Below, piece by piece: positions 49,401-58,382 of a stretch of DNA of 64,000 nucleotides. This DNA is from a virus (lineage: Duplodnaviria; Heunggongvirae; Uroviricota; Caudoviricetes). The stretch spans positions 2,122-66,121 of IMG/VR virus record IMGVR_UViG_2671180676_000004, one strand, 5' to 3'. Both the position numbers and the translations under genes were made by a program. Each line of letters begins with the position of its first letter. Positions within the stretch are counted from its first letter, which is position 1. The notes below the pieces were generated by a model. That model was not told the DNA's origin and ran no database searches. It saw nothing but the letters and a program-made list of their open reading frames with translations.

Positions 49401-51230
49401 ACAGTCGAGGCAATAAAGGCTGCAAGAGATGAAGCGGCGGCTCTTATTGCTAAGGAAAGCGAGGCTCGTGTTGAAGGCGATGCTGCAAACGCTAAACAAT
49501 TGGAAGTGTTGCAGTCAACGGTAGAGGAAAGCTCCGCTGCCGTTGAAGAAATGAAAAAGACGGTTGCAGAGGTCGATCGTGCAAGTGCAGAACTGACTAC
49601 GAACATTGAGGCTTTGGCCAAAACAAATATTGACCTGGCTCTTCGTCAAGATGAAGACCAGCACAAGCAGATGGTCAATAACGCGAAGATCGCAACAACA
49701 CAGAAAACCTTTGCTGATGATATGTCTGCAATGGCCACGAAGGTTGAGGAAATTCGCGTAGAAATTGGCGAAGACATTAAGGCCAGTATTCTGGAAGAGT
49801 CCACCGCTCGTGCCGATGGCGATGAAGCGTTGGCAAAGCGTGTCACTCAGCTGCAATCTAAGTTTGAAGGAGATATCAGCGCGGCGATTAGTACAGAGCA
49901 GGAGGCTCGTACATCTGCCGATGAAGCTCTGACGACACAGATCACTCAGCTTGAGTCGAAAGTAAGCAACGATATCGTCGCAGCTATTAAGGAAGAGCAA
50001 GAAGCCCGAGCAACGGAAGATTCGGCTCTGGCAAGCCAGATCACCCAACTTCAGGCAAAGGTTGATGATGATATTTCTGCTGCAATACGTAGTGAGCAGG
50101 AGGCCCGAGCAAGCGGGGACTCTGCGTTAGCCAAACAAATAAACCAGCTTCAGTCAAAGGTTGACGGTGATATATCCGCGGCCATCACTCAGGAGCAGGA
50201 GGCCAGAGCAAGTGCTGACCAGGCGCTCTCACGAGAAATTAACAGCCTGCGAGCACAAACCGGAACTGATATTGCCGCAGCGGTTGCTGTAGAGACAAAA
50301 GCAAGGACTGATGCCGATAGTGCATTGTCTACCCAGATTACGTCTCTTACAGCAAAAGCTAATGATCTCGAGGCGTCTCTTGCCAGAGAAACAACGGCTC
50401 GTGCAGATGGTGATACCGCTTTAACAAAAGAGGTTTCAAGTTTAAAAGCACAGACAGCGAAAGATATTAGTGCGGCCGTTGCAGTTGAAACGCAGGCTCG
50501 AACTGATGCTGACTCGGCGTTGTCGTCTCAGATCACCAAGCTGACCTCTCAATACAAAGAGGATATTAAAGCGGCTGTAGCAACCGAAACGAAAACGCGT
50601 ACAGAGCAAGATGCTGCATTGGCGACTCAAATCACAAACTTAGAGTCTCAAACGGCAGCCAACATTTCCGCGGCGGTCACAACTGAAACGACAGCGAGAA
50701 CGCAGGCAGATAATGCTCTGAGTGGGCGAATCGATACTCTGAAAGCAGAGGTGAATGGAAATACCGCGACAATTCAACAGCAGGCAACAGCTATTGCTGA
50801 TACCAACAAAAAAGTGTCAACCGCGTGGACGTTGAAAATGGAGACTTCAACGAGCGGAGGGCAGAAGTATATTGCCGGTATTGCGCTTGGTATTGACACC
50901 ACTGGGCTATCTCAGTTTTTGGTTCAGGCGGACAGGTTTGGTTTGGTCAACTCTGTTAACGGGAAGATCACAACGCCATTTGTTATCGAAAACAGTATCG
51001 CCTATATGAATGGAGCGTATATCAAGGATGGCACAATCACCAATGCAAAAGTAGGCGATCTGCAATCTACCAATTTTGTTAGCGGTAGATCTGGATGGCG
51101 GTTCGGCAAAAATGGAACGCTTGAGATCAACGGTAATAGCGGCGGCAATGGGCGATTGGTTATAAATGGTCAGCGGATTGACGTTTATGACGATAACAAC
51201 GTCCTACGAGTAAGAATTGGCCGTCTGTGA
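46497..51230 (+). CDS. host specificity / central tail fibre protein (gpJ-like)
   Basis: 1577 aa; position after I; internal array of about ten 33-aa repeats; C-terminal distal domain. Confidence 0.85.
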   Translation: MNMEQFKKKKLPLFIAGAGGKKSSKSSSRTPVEADDTVNSRAMAAILDLLGEGVIGGLVNGARSIFIDDLPIVNEDGSSNFSGITWDFRDGSQDQTPMSGFDFVETPKSVNIQLKKTHYVTVSIDNDEADRVRVIMKFPSLRSIDKKTGDTNGTTVEYKFQIANGDSTFVDVVAEGEKSVGIKLTAKKTGVYYRSYELKLPKPGRAYKVRVVRITDDNSSQYLYNDTWVDSIGEIVDTPMNYPNSVLVGLKVNSEQFGSTMPSRSYLVRGLKIRVPSNYNESSNTYAGVWDGTFKLLSSSNPAWILFDLLTNARYGLGQYVSESMIDLGQLYQIGRYCDEEVDDGFGGKEKRFAINTQITSRQDAYRLIQDIAGAFRGMVFWAGGMVNIMQDSPSDPVMMFTNSNVKDGLFTYKGSARKDRPSVALVTYNNKEDGYKQNIEYVEDQDAMRRYGERKTEVVAFGCTSRGQAHRVGLWLLYTARMESDVITFTAGLDASFLMPGETVLIQNKYRAGKRNSGRIVAFTKNSVTLDAPVSLAKGGCFIRILNKEGKIVERDVLETGENITKVTFSKALSSAETPVLNGVWTITEPDLEPMRVRIVNIAQGETPGSFDITAVENNPSKYEAIDNGATLIPQNTTVLDPTYSKPSNLQITEGTYLSSPGNLSVKLTATWEGKSPEYWISWRRSDENNVSNWQSARVTEEQYEIVNVAENGRYDFQLYAVSFNGKKTEIISTVYQVLGTMTPPDAPTSLTAVGDYRNVILNWVNPDSVDLDHINVYASQTNNLDTAKLIAESASTTFTHAGLGDSETWYYWVRASNKRGMLSPPNSNLGTEATTRDVLSFLTGKITSSELGQALLEDINSKVSQEAVDELNEHINQSVESLEGSVNDVKEDIAELDKQFSDNLADFEIKFNERSDALENAQTELKGEVSATIDKVNEAFEKIDATDAAIVEIENTVSEHDKALANTVEAIKAARDEAAALIAKESEARVEGDAANAKQLEVLQSTVEESSAAVEEMKKTVAEVDRASAELTTNIEALAKTNIDLALRQDEDQHKQMVNNAKIATTQKTFADDMSAMATKVEEIRVEIGEDIKASILEESTARADGDEALAKRVTQLQSKFEGDISAAISTEQEARTSADEALTTQITQLESKVSNDIVAAIKEEQEARATEDSALASQITQLQAKVDDDISAAIRSEQEARASGDSALAKQINQLQSKVDGDISAAITQEQEARASADQALSREINSLRAQTGTDIAAAVAVETKARTDADSALSTQITSLTAKANDLEASLARETTARADGDTALTKEVSSLKAQTAKDISAAVAVETQARTDADSALSSQITKLTSQYKEDIKAAVATETKTRTEQDAALATQITNLESQTAANISAAVTTETTARTQADNALSGRIDTLKAEVNGNTATIQQQATAIADTNKKVSTAWTLKMETSTSGGQKYIAGIALGIDTTGLSQFLVQADRFGLVNSVNGKITTPFVIENSIAYMNGAYIKDGTITNAKVGDLQSTNFVSGRSGWRFGKNGTLEINGNSGGNGRLVINGQRIDVYDDNNVLRVRIGRL
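49780..50750. repeat. tandem 99-bp (33-aa) coding repeats inside gpJ-like gene
   Basis: about ten units of the form E(Q/T)(E/K)AR(A/T)..D.AL..QIT.L..K...DI.AA(I/V), mostly exactly 33 aa long. Confidence 0.75.
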
Positions 51231-51323
51231 TGGTGGAAAAAAAATTTTATATCGGTAAAAATAGGTAAGTATTTACTTAATGGCGGACAAGGATAACCCG
51301 CCAAATCAAGGAGCATATTCAAC

Positions 51324-54300
51324 ATGTGGTACAGGGAAGGTACTATCACATTTACACAGGGTAGCAATACTCTGGTTGGGGCAGGGACAGCCTGGAACGT
51401 AACAGCTAATGGTGTGTTGCCGGGGATGATCGTCATTGGCCCCGACAATAAGCTGTATGAGATCAAGCGCGTAATAAGCGATACGAATATTGTTCTCTCA
51501 GAACCTTATACCGGCGAAACTCAGTCTGAGGTTCCGTGCCGAATCATTACGACCTATGAAGGCGACTTAACACAGTTTAGCGCGCGCTTTACAGCACTAA
51601 TGTCGCGTATGTCGGCTGATTCCAAGTCTATGCGCAGTTGGTTGACTGCTCTGGATGAGGTGACAATCGAGCGTGAAGACGGTACAGAAGTAACCGTTAA
51701 GCCGCTAATGCAGATCGTCAACGAGCACAACGAAAACGTTGAGTGGTATAAAAATAACACTGACGCGATTGATGCTGCTGGCGACAAAGCTCGTGAGGCG
51801 GCGGCCAGTGCTGCCGCAGCAGCAGAAAGCGCCAATACCGCTGGAGAAAAAGCCTCTCAAGCGTCTCAAAGTGCATCCGCTGCGGCATCCTCACAAAGTG
51901 CCGCAAGTGCGAGTGCAACTGCTGCGAAAAAATCTGAAACGAATGCCGCAGCGTCACAACAATCAGCAGCCACTTCTGCATCCACCGCGACCACGAAAGC
52001 GTCAGAAGCTGCCACCTCAGCCCGGGATGCGGCGGCCTCAAAAGAGGCAGCGAAATCATCAGAAACGAGCGCAGCCTCGAGCGCCAGTAATGCCGCTTCC
52101 TCGGCAACGGCGGCAGGAAATTCCGCGAAGGCGGCAAAAACGTCCGAGACGAACGCCAGGTCTTCTGAAACGGCAGCGGGACAGAGCGCCTCGGCTGCGG
52201 CAGGCTCAAAAACAGCGGCTGCGTCGTCTGCCAGTGCCGCGTCAACAAGTGCCGGGCAGGCCTCAGCCAGTGCCACCGCCGCCGGAAAATCGGCAGAAAG
52301 TGCCGCATCGTCTGCTTCAACAGCCACAACGAAGGCTGGCGAAGCCACTGAACAGGCCAGCGCAGCAGCGAGGTCTGCTTCCGCAGCGAAGACATCCGAA
52401 ACGAACGCGAAAGCGTCGGAAACCCGTGCAGAATCCTCAAAAACGGCAGCCGCATCGTCCGCCAGTTCGGCAGCGTCATCGGCATCATCGGCGTCTGCTT
52501 CAAAAGATGAGGCGACCAGACAAGCGTCCGCAGCGAAGGGCAGCGCCACGACAGCATCCACGAAAGCAACAGAGGCGGCAGGCAGTGCGACGGCAGCATC
52601 TCAGAGCAAAACTGCTGCTGAATCCGCTGCGACCCGTGCGGAAGCTGCTGCTGATCGTGCTGAAGAGATTGCCGGTGCAGTTGCGATGGAAGATGCAAGC
52701 CTTACCACCAAAGGTGTTGTGAAACTTAGCAGTGCTGTCGACAGCACCAGTGAATCTTTAGCCGCGACACCAAAAGCAGTTAAGACCGCATATGATAATG
52801 CTGAAAAACGACTACAGAAGGATCAGAATGGTGCTGATATCCCCGACAAGGGCCGCTTCCTGAATAACATTAATGTTTACAGCAAAGGTGAAGTGGATCA
52901 GAAAAAGGGGATGCGATACGTTGTGGTCAATGCCCCGGCGGGTGTCCAGGAAGGTAAATATTATCCGTTAGTGATAAAAAGGAATGACAGCCATCGGGCA
53001 TCCCGCGTTGTCATTTCAACGCCAAGTCGCACAGCTAATCACAGAATGAATAACTGTGAGTTTAATGGTTTTGTTTGCGCAGGCGGCTGGACGGACCGGG
53101 GTAGCTATGCCTGTGGTATGTTCTGGGCTTATTCATCATCGGAACGCGCTATTCATTCCATTCTGATGAGTAATAAAGGCGATACCGTAGACAGCGTATT
53201 CTATATAGAAGGTGGGGCATTTCCCGTAGAGGTCTTTTTAGAAGAAGGACTTTCTGTTACTGCTCCTGCTTCTGATTATGTTGTTGCTGAAACGACTTAT
53301 AAATTTGGCGCAACTGATCCTTATTCTGAATCAGTTGCGGTAAATTTAATTTTAGATTTTAAACAAGGTAATGGATTTTATAGTTCGTATCCTGTTTTGA
53401 GTAAGTCAGACATTAGCGGTAATAAGGTTTACGCTAATGATGAAGTTATTGTCCGTAGTCAGAATGCGTTAAGGATGATTGCTGGCGATTACGGTGTCAT
53501 ATGGCGAAATGATGGAGCAAATACTTACTTGCTCATGACTGATAAAGGCGACCAGTACGGTGGCTGGAACGGTCTTCGACCATTTGCAGTAAATAACGCA
53601 ACAGGTGAAGTGACGATCAATACACCACTTAATTCTCCAAAAGGGGTTAAGGGGAACTCTGATACAGCTACGAAACTTCAGACTGCAAGAAAAATATCCG
53701 GTGTTCCATTTGATGGCTCTACTGATATCACTTTAACCGCCGCGCATGTTGCCGCTTTCGCAAGAAGAGCAACAGGGTCATATGCTGATGCTGATGGCGG
53801 CGTGCCGTGGAATGCTGAATCTGGTGCTTATAATGTAACTAGAACGGGCGACAGTTATATTCTTGCCAACTTTTATACTGGTGTAGGTAGTTGCCGTACG
53901 CTTCAAATTAAGGCTCACTATAAAAATGGTGGGTTGTTTTATCGTTCATCTCGCGATGGAAGTGGTTTTGAAAGTGGTTGGGAGCAGGTTTACACGACTG
54001 GATTTAGACCTCAGCCGGCTGATATAAACGCACCAACCGCTGCCGCCGGATGGTTAAATAGTGGTAACGGAACAGCATTTACGACTGCTCAGTTTATAAC
54101 GTGGCTAAATAATCAGGGTGCATTTTCAAACAAATATTGGATTGCACGGTGCTCATGGACTTACGCCAACAATAATTATATAGACGACACTGGATGTGGC
54201 AGGATCGATCTATCTGGTTCCGTGATTGAGGTGTTTAGTAATAAGTCAACAAGCCACTACACTATTCGTGTTACAACGACAACAACATCGGGCCATGGTG

Positions 54301-55613
54301 GTGTTAATAATGCGGAGTTTATTTATGTGTACAATGGCAGTGATTACTCGCCAGGCTGGCGTCGTTCTTATAATACTAGAAACAAACCAACAGCTTCTGA
54401 TGTAGGAGCATTATCGCTTTCTGGAGGAGCGTTAACTGGCGGATTAACTGCTGCTGGCGAGATTATTTCAAAATCGGCGAATGGTCTGCGCATTGCCTAC
54501 GGAAACTACGGATTCTTTATCCGAAACGATGGTTCAAGCACATACTTCATGTTGACCGATTCGGGTAACAGCCTGGGAACCTATAATAGTTTAAGGCCGC
54601 TTATCATTAACAATGCCAATGGTGCTGTTAGGATCGGTAATGGACTCAATGTTACTGGCGGCATCAATGGTAGTTTGGACGGTAATGCTTCAACAGCTAC
54701 GAAGTTGCAAACAGCGAGAAACATCAATGGTGTTAAGTTTGATGGTTCAGGCGATATCAATATTAATACATTGGTATCTCGTGGCCGAGTTACGGCGTTA
54801 AGCGGCTCTACTCAAGGCACTGCTGGCATTCAAATGTATGAGGCGTACAACAATAGCTACCCGACCATGTATGGCAACGTATTGCACATGAAAGGTGCGA
54901 GTGCTGCTGGTGAGGGAGAGTTGCTTATTGGCTGGAGTGGTACGAGCGGTGCACATGCGCCAGTTTTCATTCGCTCACGAAGAGATAACACAGGTGCGGC
55001 ATGGTCAGCGTGGGCGCAGGTATATACCGCTAAGGATTCAATCCCTGGTGTGAATACAACTGGTAATCAGAACACTACTGGTAATGCCGCAACCGCCACA
55101 AAATTGCAGACAGCAAGGAAAATTGCTGGTGTGGCATTTGATGGCTCTGCCGATATAACTTTGACTGCGGCTAACCTTAATGCTTACACGAAAACAGAGG
55201 TAACAAACCTTCTAAGTTCCTATGTGAAGAGCAGTGCTCTTCCAAGCATGACTGTGCGAACTTCCTCTGTTTCAGGTGGGGATATGGGCATGAGCTTGTC
55301 CGCATTCATTAGCCACCTAAAATCAAATGGGGCGTTTAGCAAAAGTTATTGGATTGGCTTTGGCGATGCTATGGGATTCAATGCTGGCAGTATCAACAAT
55401 ATAACGGGATTTGGTGCTGTAGAATTAGCAGAATCTATAATCGAAGTTTTTAATCTACCTAACGGTGATTATACAATTCGTTTAACAACGTCACATAAAG
55501 CTGACTACGGTGGAGTTACAAACGCAATCCTCGTTTATCACTACCGTAGTAATAGAAGTCCGTCAGGTCAATGGCTGAAATTTGCAGGTACTGTTGGGGC
55601 AACAAGTAACTGA
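51324..55613 (+). CDS. side tail fibre protein
   Basis: 1429 aa; 300-aa Ala/Ser-rich low-complexity region; three copies of ATKLQTARxIxGVxFDGSxDI motif in C-terminal half. Confidence 0.8.
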   Translation: MWYREGTITFTQGSNTLVGAGTAWNVTANGVLPGMIVIGPDNKLYEIKRVISDTNIVLSEPYTGETQSEVPCRIITTYEGDLTQFSARFTALMSRMSADSKSMRSWLTALDEVTIEREDGTEVTVKPLMQIVNEHNENVEWYKNNTDAIDAAGDKAREAAASAAAAAESANTAGEKASQASQSASAAASSQSAASASATAAKKSETNAAASQQSAATSASTATTKASEAATSARDAAASKEAAKSSETSAASSASNAASSATAAGNSAKAAKTSETNARSSETAAGQSASAAAGSKTAAASSASAASTSAGQASASATAAGKSAESAASSASTATTKAGEATEQASAAARSASAAKTSETNAKASETRAESSKTAAASSASSAASSASSASASKDEATRQASAAKGSATTASTKATEAAGSATAASQSKTAAESAATRAEAAADRAEEIAGAVAMEDASLTTKGVVKLSSAVDSTSESLAATPKAVKTAYDNAEKRLQKDQNGADIPDKGRFLNNINVYSKGEVDQKKGMRYVVVNAPAGVQEGKYYPLVIKRNDSHRASRVVISTPSRTANHRMNNCEFNGFVCAGGWTDRGSYACGMFWAYSSSERAIHSILMSNKGDTVDSVFYIEGGAFPVEVFLEEGLSVTAPASDYVVAETTYKFGATDPYSESVAVNLILDFKQGNGFYSSYPVLSKSDISGNKVYANDEVIVRSQNALRMIAGDYGVIWRNDGANTYLLMTDKGDQYGGWNGLRPFAVNNATGEVTINTPLNSPKGVKGNSDTATKLQTARKISGVPFDGSTDITLTAAHVAAFARRATGSYADADGGVPWNAESGAYNVTRTGDSYILANFYTGVGSCRTLQIKAHYKNGGLFYRSSRDGSGFESGWEQVYTTGFRPQPADINAPTAAAGWLNSGNGTAFTTAQFITWLNNQGAFSNKYWIARCSWTYANNNYIDDTGCGRIDLSGSVIEVFSNKSTSHYTIRVTTTTTSGHGGVNNAEFIYVYNGSDYSPGWRRSYNTRNKPTASDVGALSLSGGALTGGLTAAGEIISKSANGLRIAYGNYGFFIRNDGSSTYFMLTDSGNSLGTYNSLRPLIINNANGAVRIGNGLNVTGGINGSLDGNASTATKLQTARNINGVKFDGSGDININTLVSRGRVTALSGSTQGTAGIQMYEAYNNSYPTMYGNVLHMKGASAAGEGELLIGWSGTSGAHAPVFIRSRRDNTGAAWSAWAQVYTAKDSIPGVNTTGNQNTTGNAATATKLQTARKIAGVAFDGSADITLTAANLNAYTKTEVTNLLSSYVKSSALPSMTVRTSSVSGGDMGMSLSAFISHLKSNGAFSKSYWIGFGDAMGFNAGSINNITGFGAVELAESIIEVFNLPNGDYTIRLTTSHKADYGGVTNAILVYHYRSNRSPSGQWLKFAGTVGATSN
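51780..52700. repeat. Ala/Ser-rich low-complexity coding region of side tail fibre
   Basis: recurrent KTSETNA / SASAAA units; generates spurious long ORFs in other frames and on the opposite strand. Confidence 0.7.
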
Positions 55614-55803
55614 TTTAGACATTATTTATATGGCTGTGAGGTTTAAAATGCGATCTCACAGCCGCAATCATAGGGATATATTAGTGAGTTACTAGATACG
55701 AATTTGAACAGCCGTTAAACGGTATATACATAGATAGGTAAGTATATACCTATAATTGAAAGGAGAAGTGTGATATAAATCCGCCATCCCGATTTGACTT
55801 TTC

Positions 55804-56139
55804 ATGGAGGAAAACATGTCGAACGAGATGGCGGGCGTTACAACAGAGCAAGTTGAGCGTATAGCCGCGATCGTTGCTCGGGAGGTTGTTGGCAAATTAG
55901 GTAAAGAGCTACGTGAAGAAATTGGCCAGGAGGTCAATGATCAGCTGAAAACCTACTTTGGTGATATGACCCCGGCGCAACATAGTATTCAACACTCCAA
56001 TCTGGACAAACTCCTTAACCGGTTAGATTCCATCTCAAGTGGGTTCTTTGGCGGCATTGTTTCTAAAATAACGTCGTTCATTATTACCGCACTGCTTTTG
56101 GGGTTAGCCGCGTATGGCGTAAAAAGTGGACTGCAATAA
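55804..56139 (+). CDS. membrane protein, holin candidate
   Basis: 111 aa with single C-terminal transmembrane helix; first gene of lysis-type cassette. Confidence 0.3.
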   Translation: MEENMSNEMAGVTTEQVERIAAIVAREVVGKLGKELREEIGQEVNDQLKTYFGDMTPAQHSIQHSNLDKLLNRLDSISSGFFGGIVSKITSFIITALLLGLAAYGVKSGLQ

Positions 56140-56152
56140 CAGGAGATCAAGG

Positions 56153-56845
56153 ATGAAGACTCCGAGAGGCATTCGTAATAATAACCCCGGTAATCTTGAT
56201 AAAGGATCACCGTGGCAAGGTCTGGTTGCGAATCCAGACGAACCGCGCTTTTGCACGTTTAAAGACCCTGTTTGGGGGATTCGTGCGCTGGCGGTGACTC
56301 TAATTACCTACCACGATAAACGTCGCGCAAAAGACGGCACAAGTATCGATACCATTCGTGAAGTTATTGAACGCTGGGCACCGCCGAATGAAAACAATAC
56401 TGACGCCTACATTAATGAGGTGTCTAAAGCCGTTGGTGTAACCGCAGACATGATCATCGATCTGCATGATTACGACATCCTTCGACCTTTGGTTGAGGCA
56501 ATCATTCGCCACGAGAATGGCCGAGGCCCGCTAAAAACGCTGAACACCTGGTATGCGGCAGAAGTTATTGAGGAAGGTCTGCGTCGAGCTGGCGTTGTTA
56601 AGCCGGTGAAAACCGTGAAGGCTGTTCCTGTAACTAAAGAAACCGCAGGCGCAACTGTTACAGCAGGTATTGGTCTGGCGCAGCTGGCCGATGTTATGCC
56701 GCAGGTTTCCGCTGCTATGGATAAAGCACAAGGTCATATCTCTAGCGGGGATACAGTACGCATCATCTTCGGTATTGCCACTATTGTTGTGGCAGGATTC
56801 ATTGCCTGGTCGCAGGTAAGAAAACATCAGAAAGGGATGGTCTAA
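56153..56845 (+). CDS. putative endolysin / cell-wall-active protein with C-terminal membrane anchor
   Basis: ATG 56153 with AGGAG upstream; conserved-looking N-terminal motif GIRNNNPGNL; C-terminal hydrophobic helix; sits between holin candidate and spanins. Confidence 0.35.
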   Translation: MKTPRGIRNNNPGNLDKGSPWQGLVANPDEPRFCTFKDPVWGIRALAVTLITYHDKRRAKDGTSIDTIREVIERWAPPNENNTDAYINEVSKAVGVTADMIIDLHDYDILRPLVEAIIRHENGRGPLKTLNTWYAAEVIEEGLRRAGVVKPVKTVKAVPVTKETAGATVTAGIGLAQLADVMPQVSAAMDKAQGHISSGDTVRIIFGIATIVVAGFIAWSQVRKHQKGMV

Positions 56846-56846
56846 T

Positions 56847-57098
56847 ATGCTAGGCAGCCTGATGACAAAGCTAAAAGTTGCTTTGATTACGCTGGCTGCC
56901 GTTCTTTTCGTTCTTGTCGGCGCTTACACGATGGGCGGGAATGCGGCGCGACGAGCAATGGAAGAGAAGGCAAAACAGGAAGACAGAAAACGACTTCAAA
57001 GCACAGTGGAAGTGGTGAATGAGACGAGCAATAAAATACGTCAGAAAGATGCTTCTGCCGTTCATCGTGAGTTGTATGATAAGTGGGTGCGTCATTAA
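56847..57098 (+). CDS. i-spanin (Rz-like)
   Basis: 83 aa, N-terminal transmembrane helix then charged helical region; overlaps lipoprotein gene in another frame. Confidence 0.5.
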   Translation: MLGSLMTKLKVALITLAAVLFVLVGAYTMGGNAARRAMEEKAKQEDRKRLQSTVEVVNETSNKIRQKDASAVHRELYDKWVRH

Positions 57099-57234
57099 AC
57101 CACAAACCGCCAGCGTATTGTTCTGCGATGGAGCTGGGCCTATCTATATCAGCAATAATGATGTGATGACCGAAGAAACCGAACGCCAAATCCTTTTTCA
57201 CAATACGATGGGAGAGAGAGTTTGCGGTTGGTGA
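57019..57234 (+). CDS. o-spanin (Rz1-like lipoprotein)
   Basis: 71 aa in a different frame overlapping Rz-like gene; signal peptide with lipobox ISGC. Confidence 0.5.
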   Translation: MRRAIKYVRKMLLPFIVSCMISGCVIKPQTASVLFCDGAGPIYISNNDVMTEETERQILFHNTMGERVCGW

Positions 57235-57265
57235 TGCGAAGTTCCCCTCACTTGAGGGGAGTACA

Positions 57266-57787
57266 TTATTCTTCGAACAATTTTTCGATAGATTTTGTAG
57301 GATAGAACAAAGAACGCTCGTTGTTACCAACCAGCTGGATAAAGCCTAAACTTTTATAAAACGCCTTGGCTTTGTCATTTAACGCCTCAACGAAAAGTCC
57401 ATGAATGCCTACAGCAAGAGATGCATTGTACACAACGCGCATTGCATGTGTTACAAGCATTGAGCCAAATCCTTGACCTTGAAGGGACTTGTCCAAAGCC
57501 AGCCTACCCAAAGTAACACTTGGAACATTCCGATAAGGTACCTTCTTTTGCTGGCTTCTTGAAGGTAAGGACTCCTTTTCAAAGCAGCTGCCTGACAAAG
57601 TGTAATACCCTAACACTTTTGGTCTGTCTTCTTTCGTGAAAAGCACATAAGCGCGAAGAATTTTTCCCTCATGCTGCCTTTTTAAGTGGTTGGTTAAAAA
57701 GGCATTTAGTGATTCTTCACCGCAATCAAAACCATTCAAATCATAATCTTTCTCTCCAGAGAAAATTTCTATCTTTATATTATCCAC
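57266..57787 (-). CDS. GNAT-family toxin (TacT/AtaT-type aminoacyl-tRNA acetyltransferase)
   Basis: 173 aa; GNAT motif QGQGFGSMLV; immediately downstream of DUF1778-type antitoxin gene. Confidence 0.75.
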   Translation of the reverse strand: MDNIKIEIFSGEKDYDLNGFDCGEESLNAFLTNHLKRQHEGKILRAYVLFTKEDRPKVLGYYTLSGSCFEKESLPSRSQQKKVPYRNVPSVTLGRLALDKSLQGQGFGSMLVTHAMRVVYNASLAVGIHGLFVEALNDKAKAFYKSLGFIQLVGNNERSLFYPTKSIEKLFEE

Positions 57788-57794
57788 GAGTAAA

Positions 57795-58103
57795 CTACTC
57801 CATGCTTTTCAGACGATCAGCAGCTCGTTTCAGCTTGTCGTTCGGTGCCGGAGGATTGCTTATAGCGTCCATAACCAGATTCCAGGATTCTTCATTCAGA
57901 ACTAGTCTACGGTGTTGCTCTATAACTTTCACGGCACGTTCAGATGCACTGCTAACCATAAACTGAGTAATGCTCTGGTTAGACATTGCGGCAGCTTCCT
58001 CGATGATGCTTTTATCGTCATCGGTTAATCTCAAATCGATGCGCTGCTTTTTTAGTGCTGACATGTATTCCTCCTGATGGCCGTGATGTAGGAAGGCCAT
58101 CAA
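57795..58103 (-). CDS. DUF1778-type (TacA-like) antitoxin
   Basis: About 90-100 aa (real start may be internal ATG at 58064); RHH-like N-terminus KKQRIDLRLTDDDK; classic partner of GNAT toxins. Confidence 0.7.
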   Translation of the reverse strand: MMAFLHHGHQEEYMSALKKQRIDLRLTDDDKSIIEEAAAMSNQSITQFMVSSASERAVKVIEQHRRLVLNEESWNLVMDAISNPPAPNDKLKRAADRLKSME

Positions 58104-58333
58104 TCTCCTCTGTTCAAACTGAGTTTTCGACTCAAAAATTACTTTAAAAGGCTATAGCCCATTACGTGTGCATTATCAAATTGTGTACGGCATATCACCG
58201 TACTTGTAATATAGAGGTCATTGTTACTTTTTTCAACAGACAAATACAAGCTATGATTGCCAATTGTTAATCACAACCTACCATTTAACCTTTACACCGC
58301 AGCCGTAGGCATTTAGGCTATATCACATATAAG

Positions 58334-58348
58334 AAAACAAGTTGTTTC
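58334..58348. promoter_or_regulatory. palindromic operator-like site
   Basis: AAAACAA-G-TTGTTTC upstream of parA ATG 58383. Confidence 0.5.
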
Positions 58349-58382
58349 AGACGATAATTATATACGCAAAGGGAACTCTCCA

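Noticed and set aside
51718-52722. Three long ORFs (51739-52722 plus, 51718-52698 minus, 51866-52561 minus) with Arg/Pro/Gln-rich or Ala/Asp-rich translations
   Set aside because: They lie entirely inside the Ala/Ser-rich low-complexity region of the side tail fibre gene and are the expected out-of-frame and antisense readings of a GC-rich repetitive tract, not independent genes.
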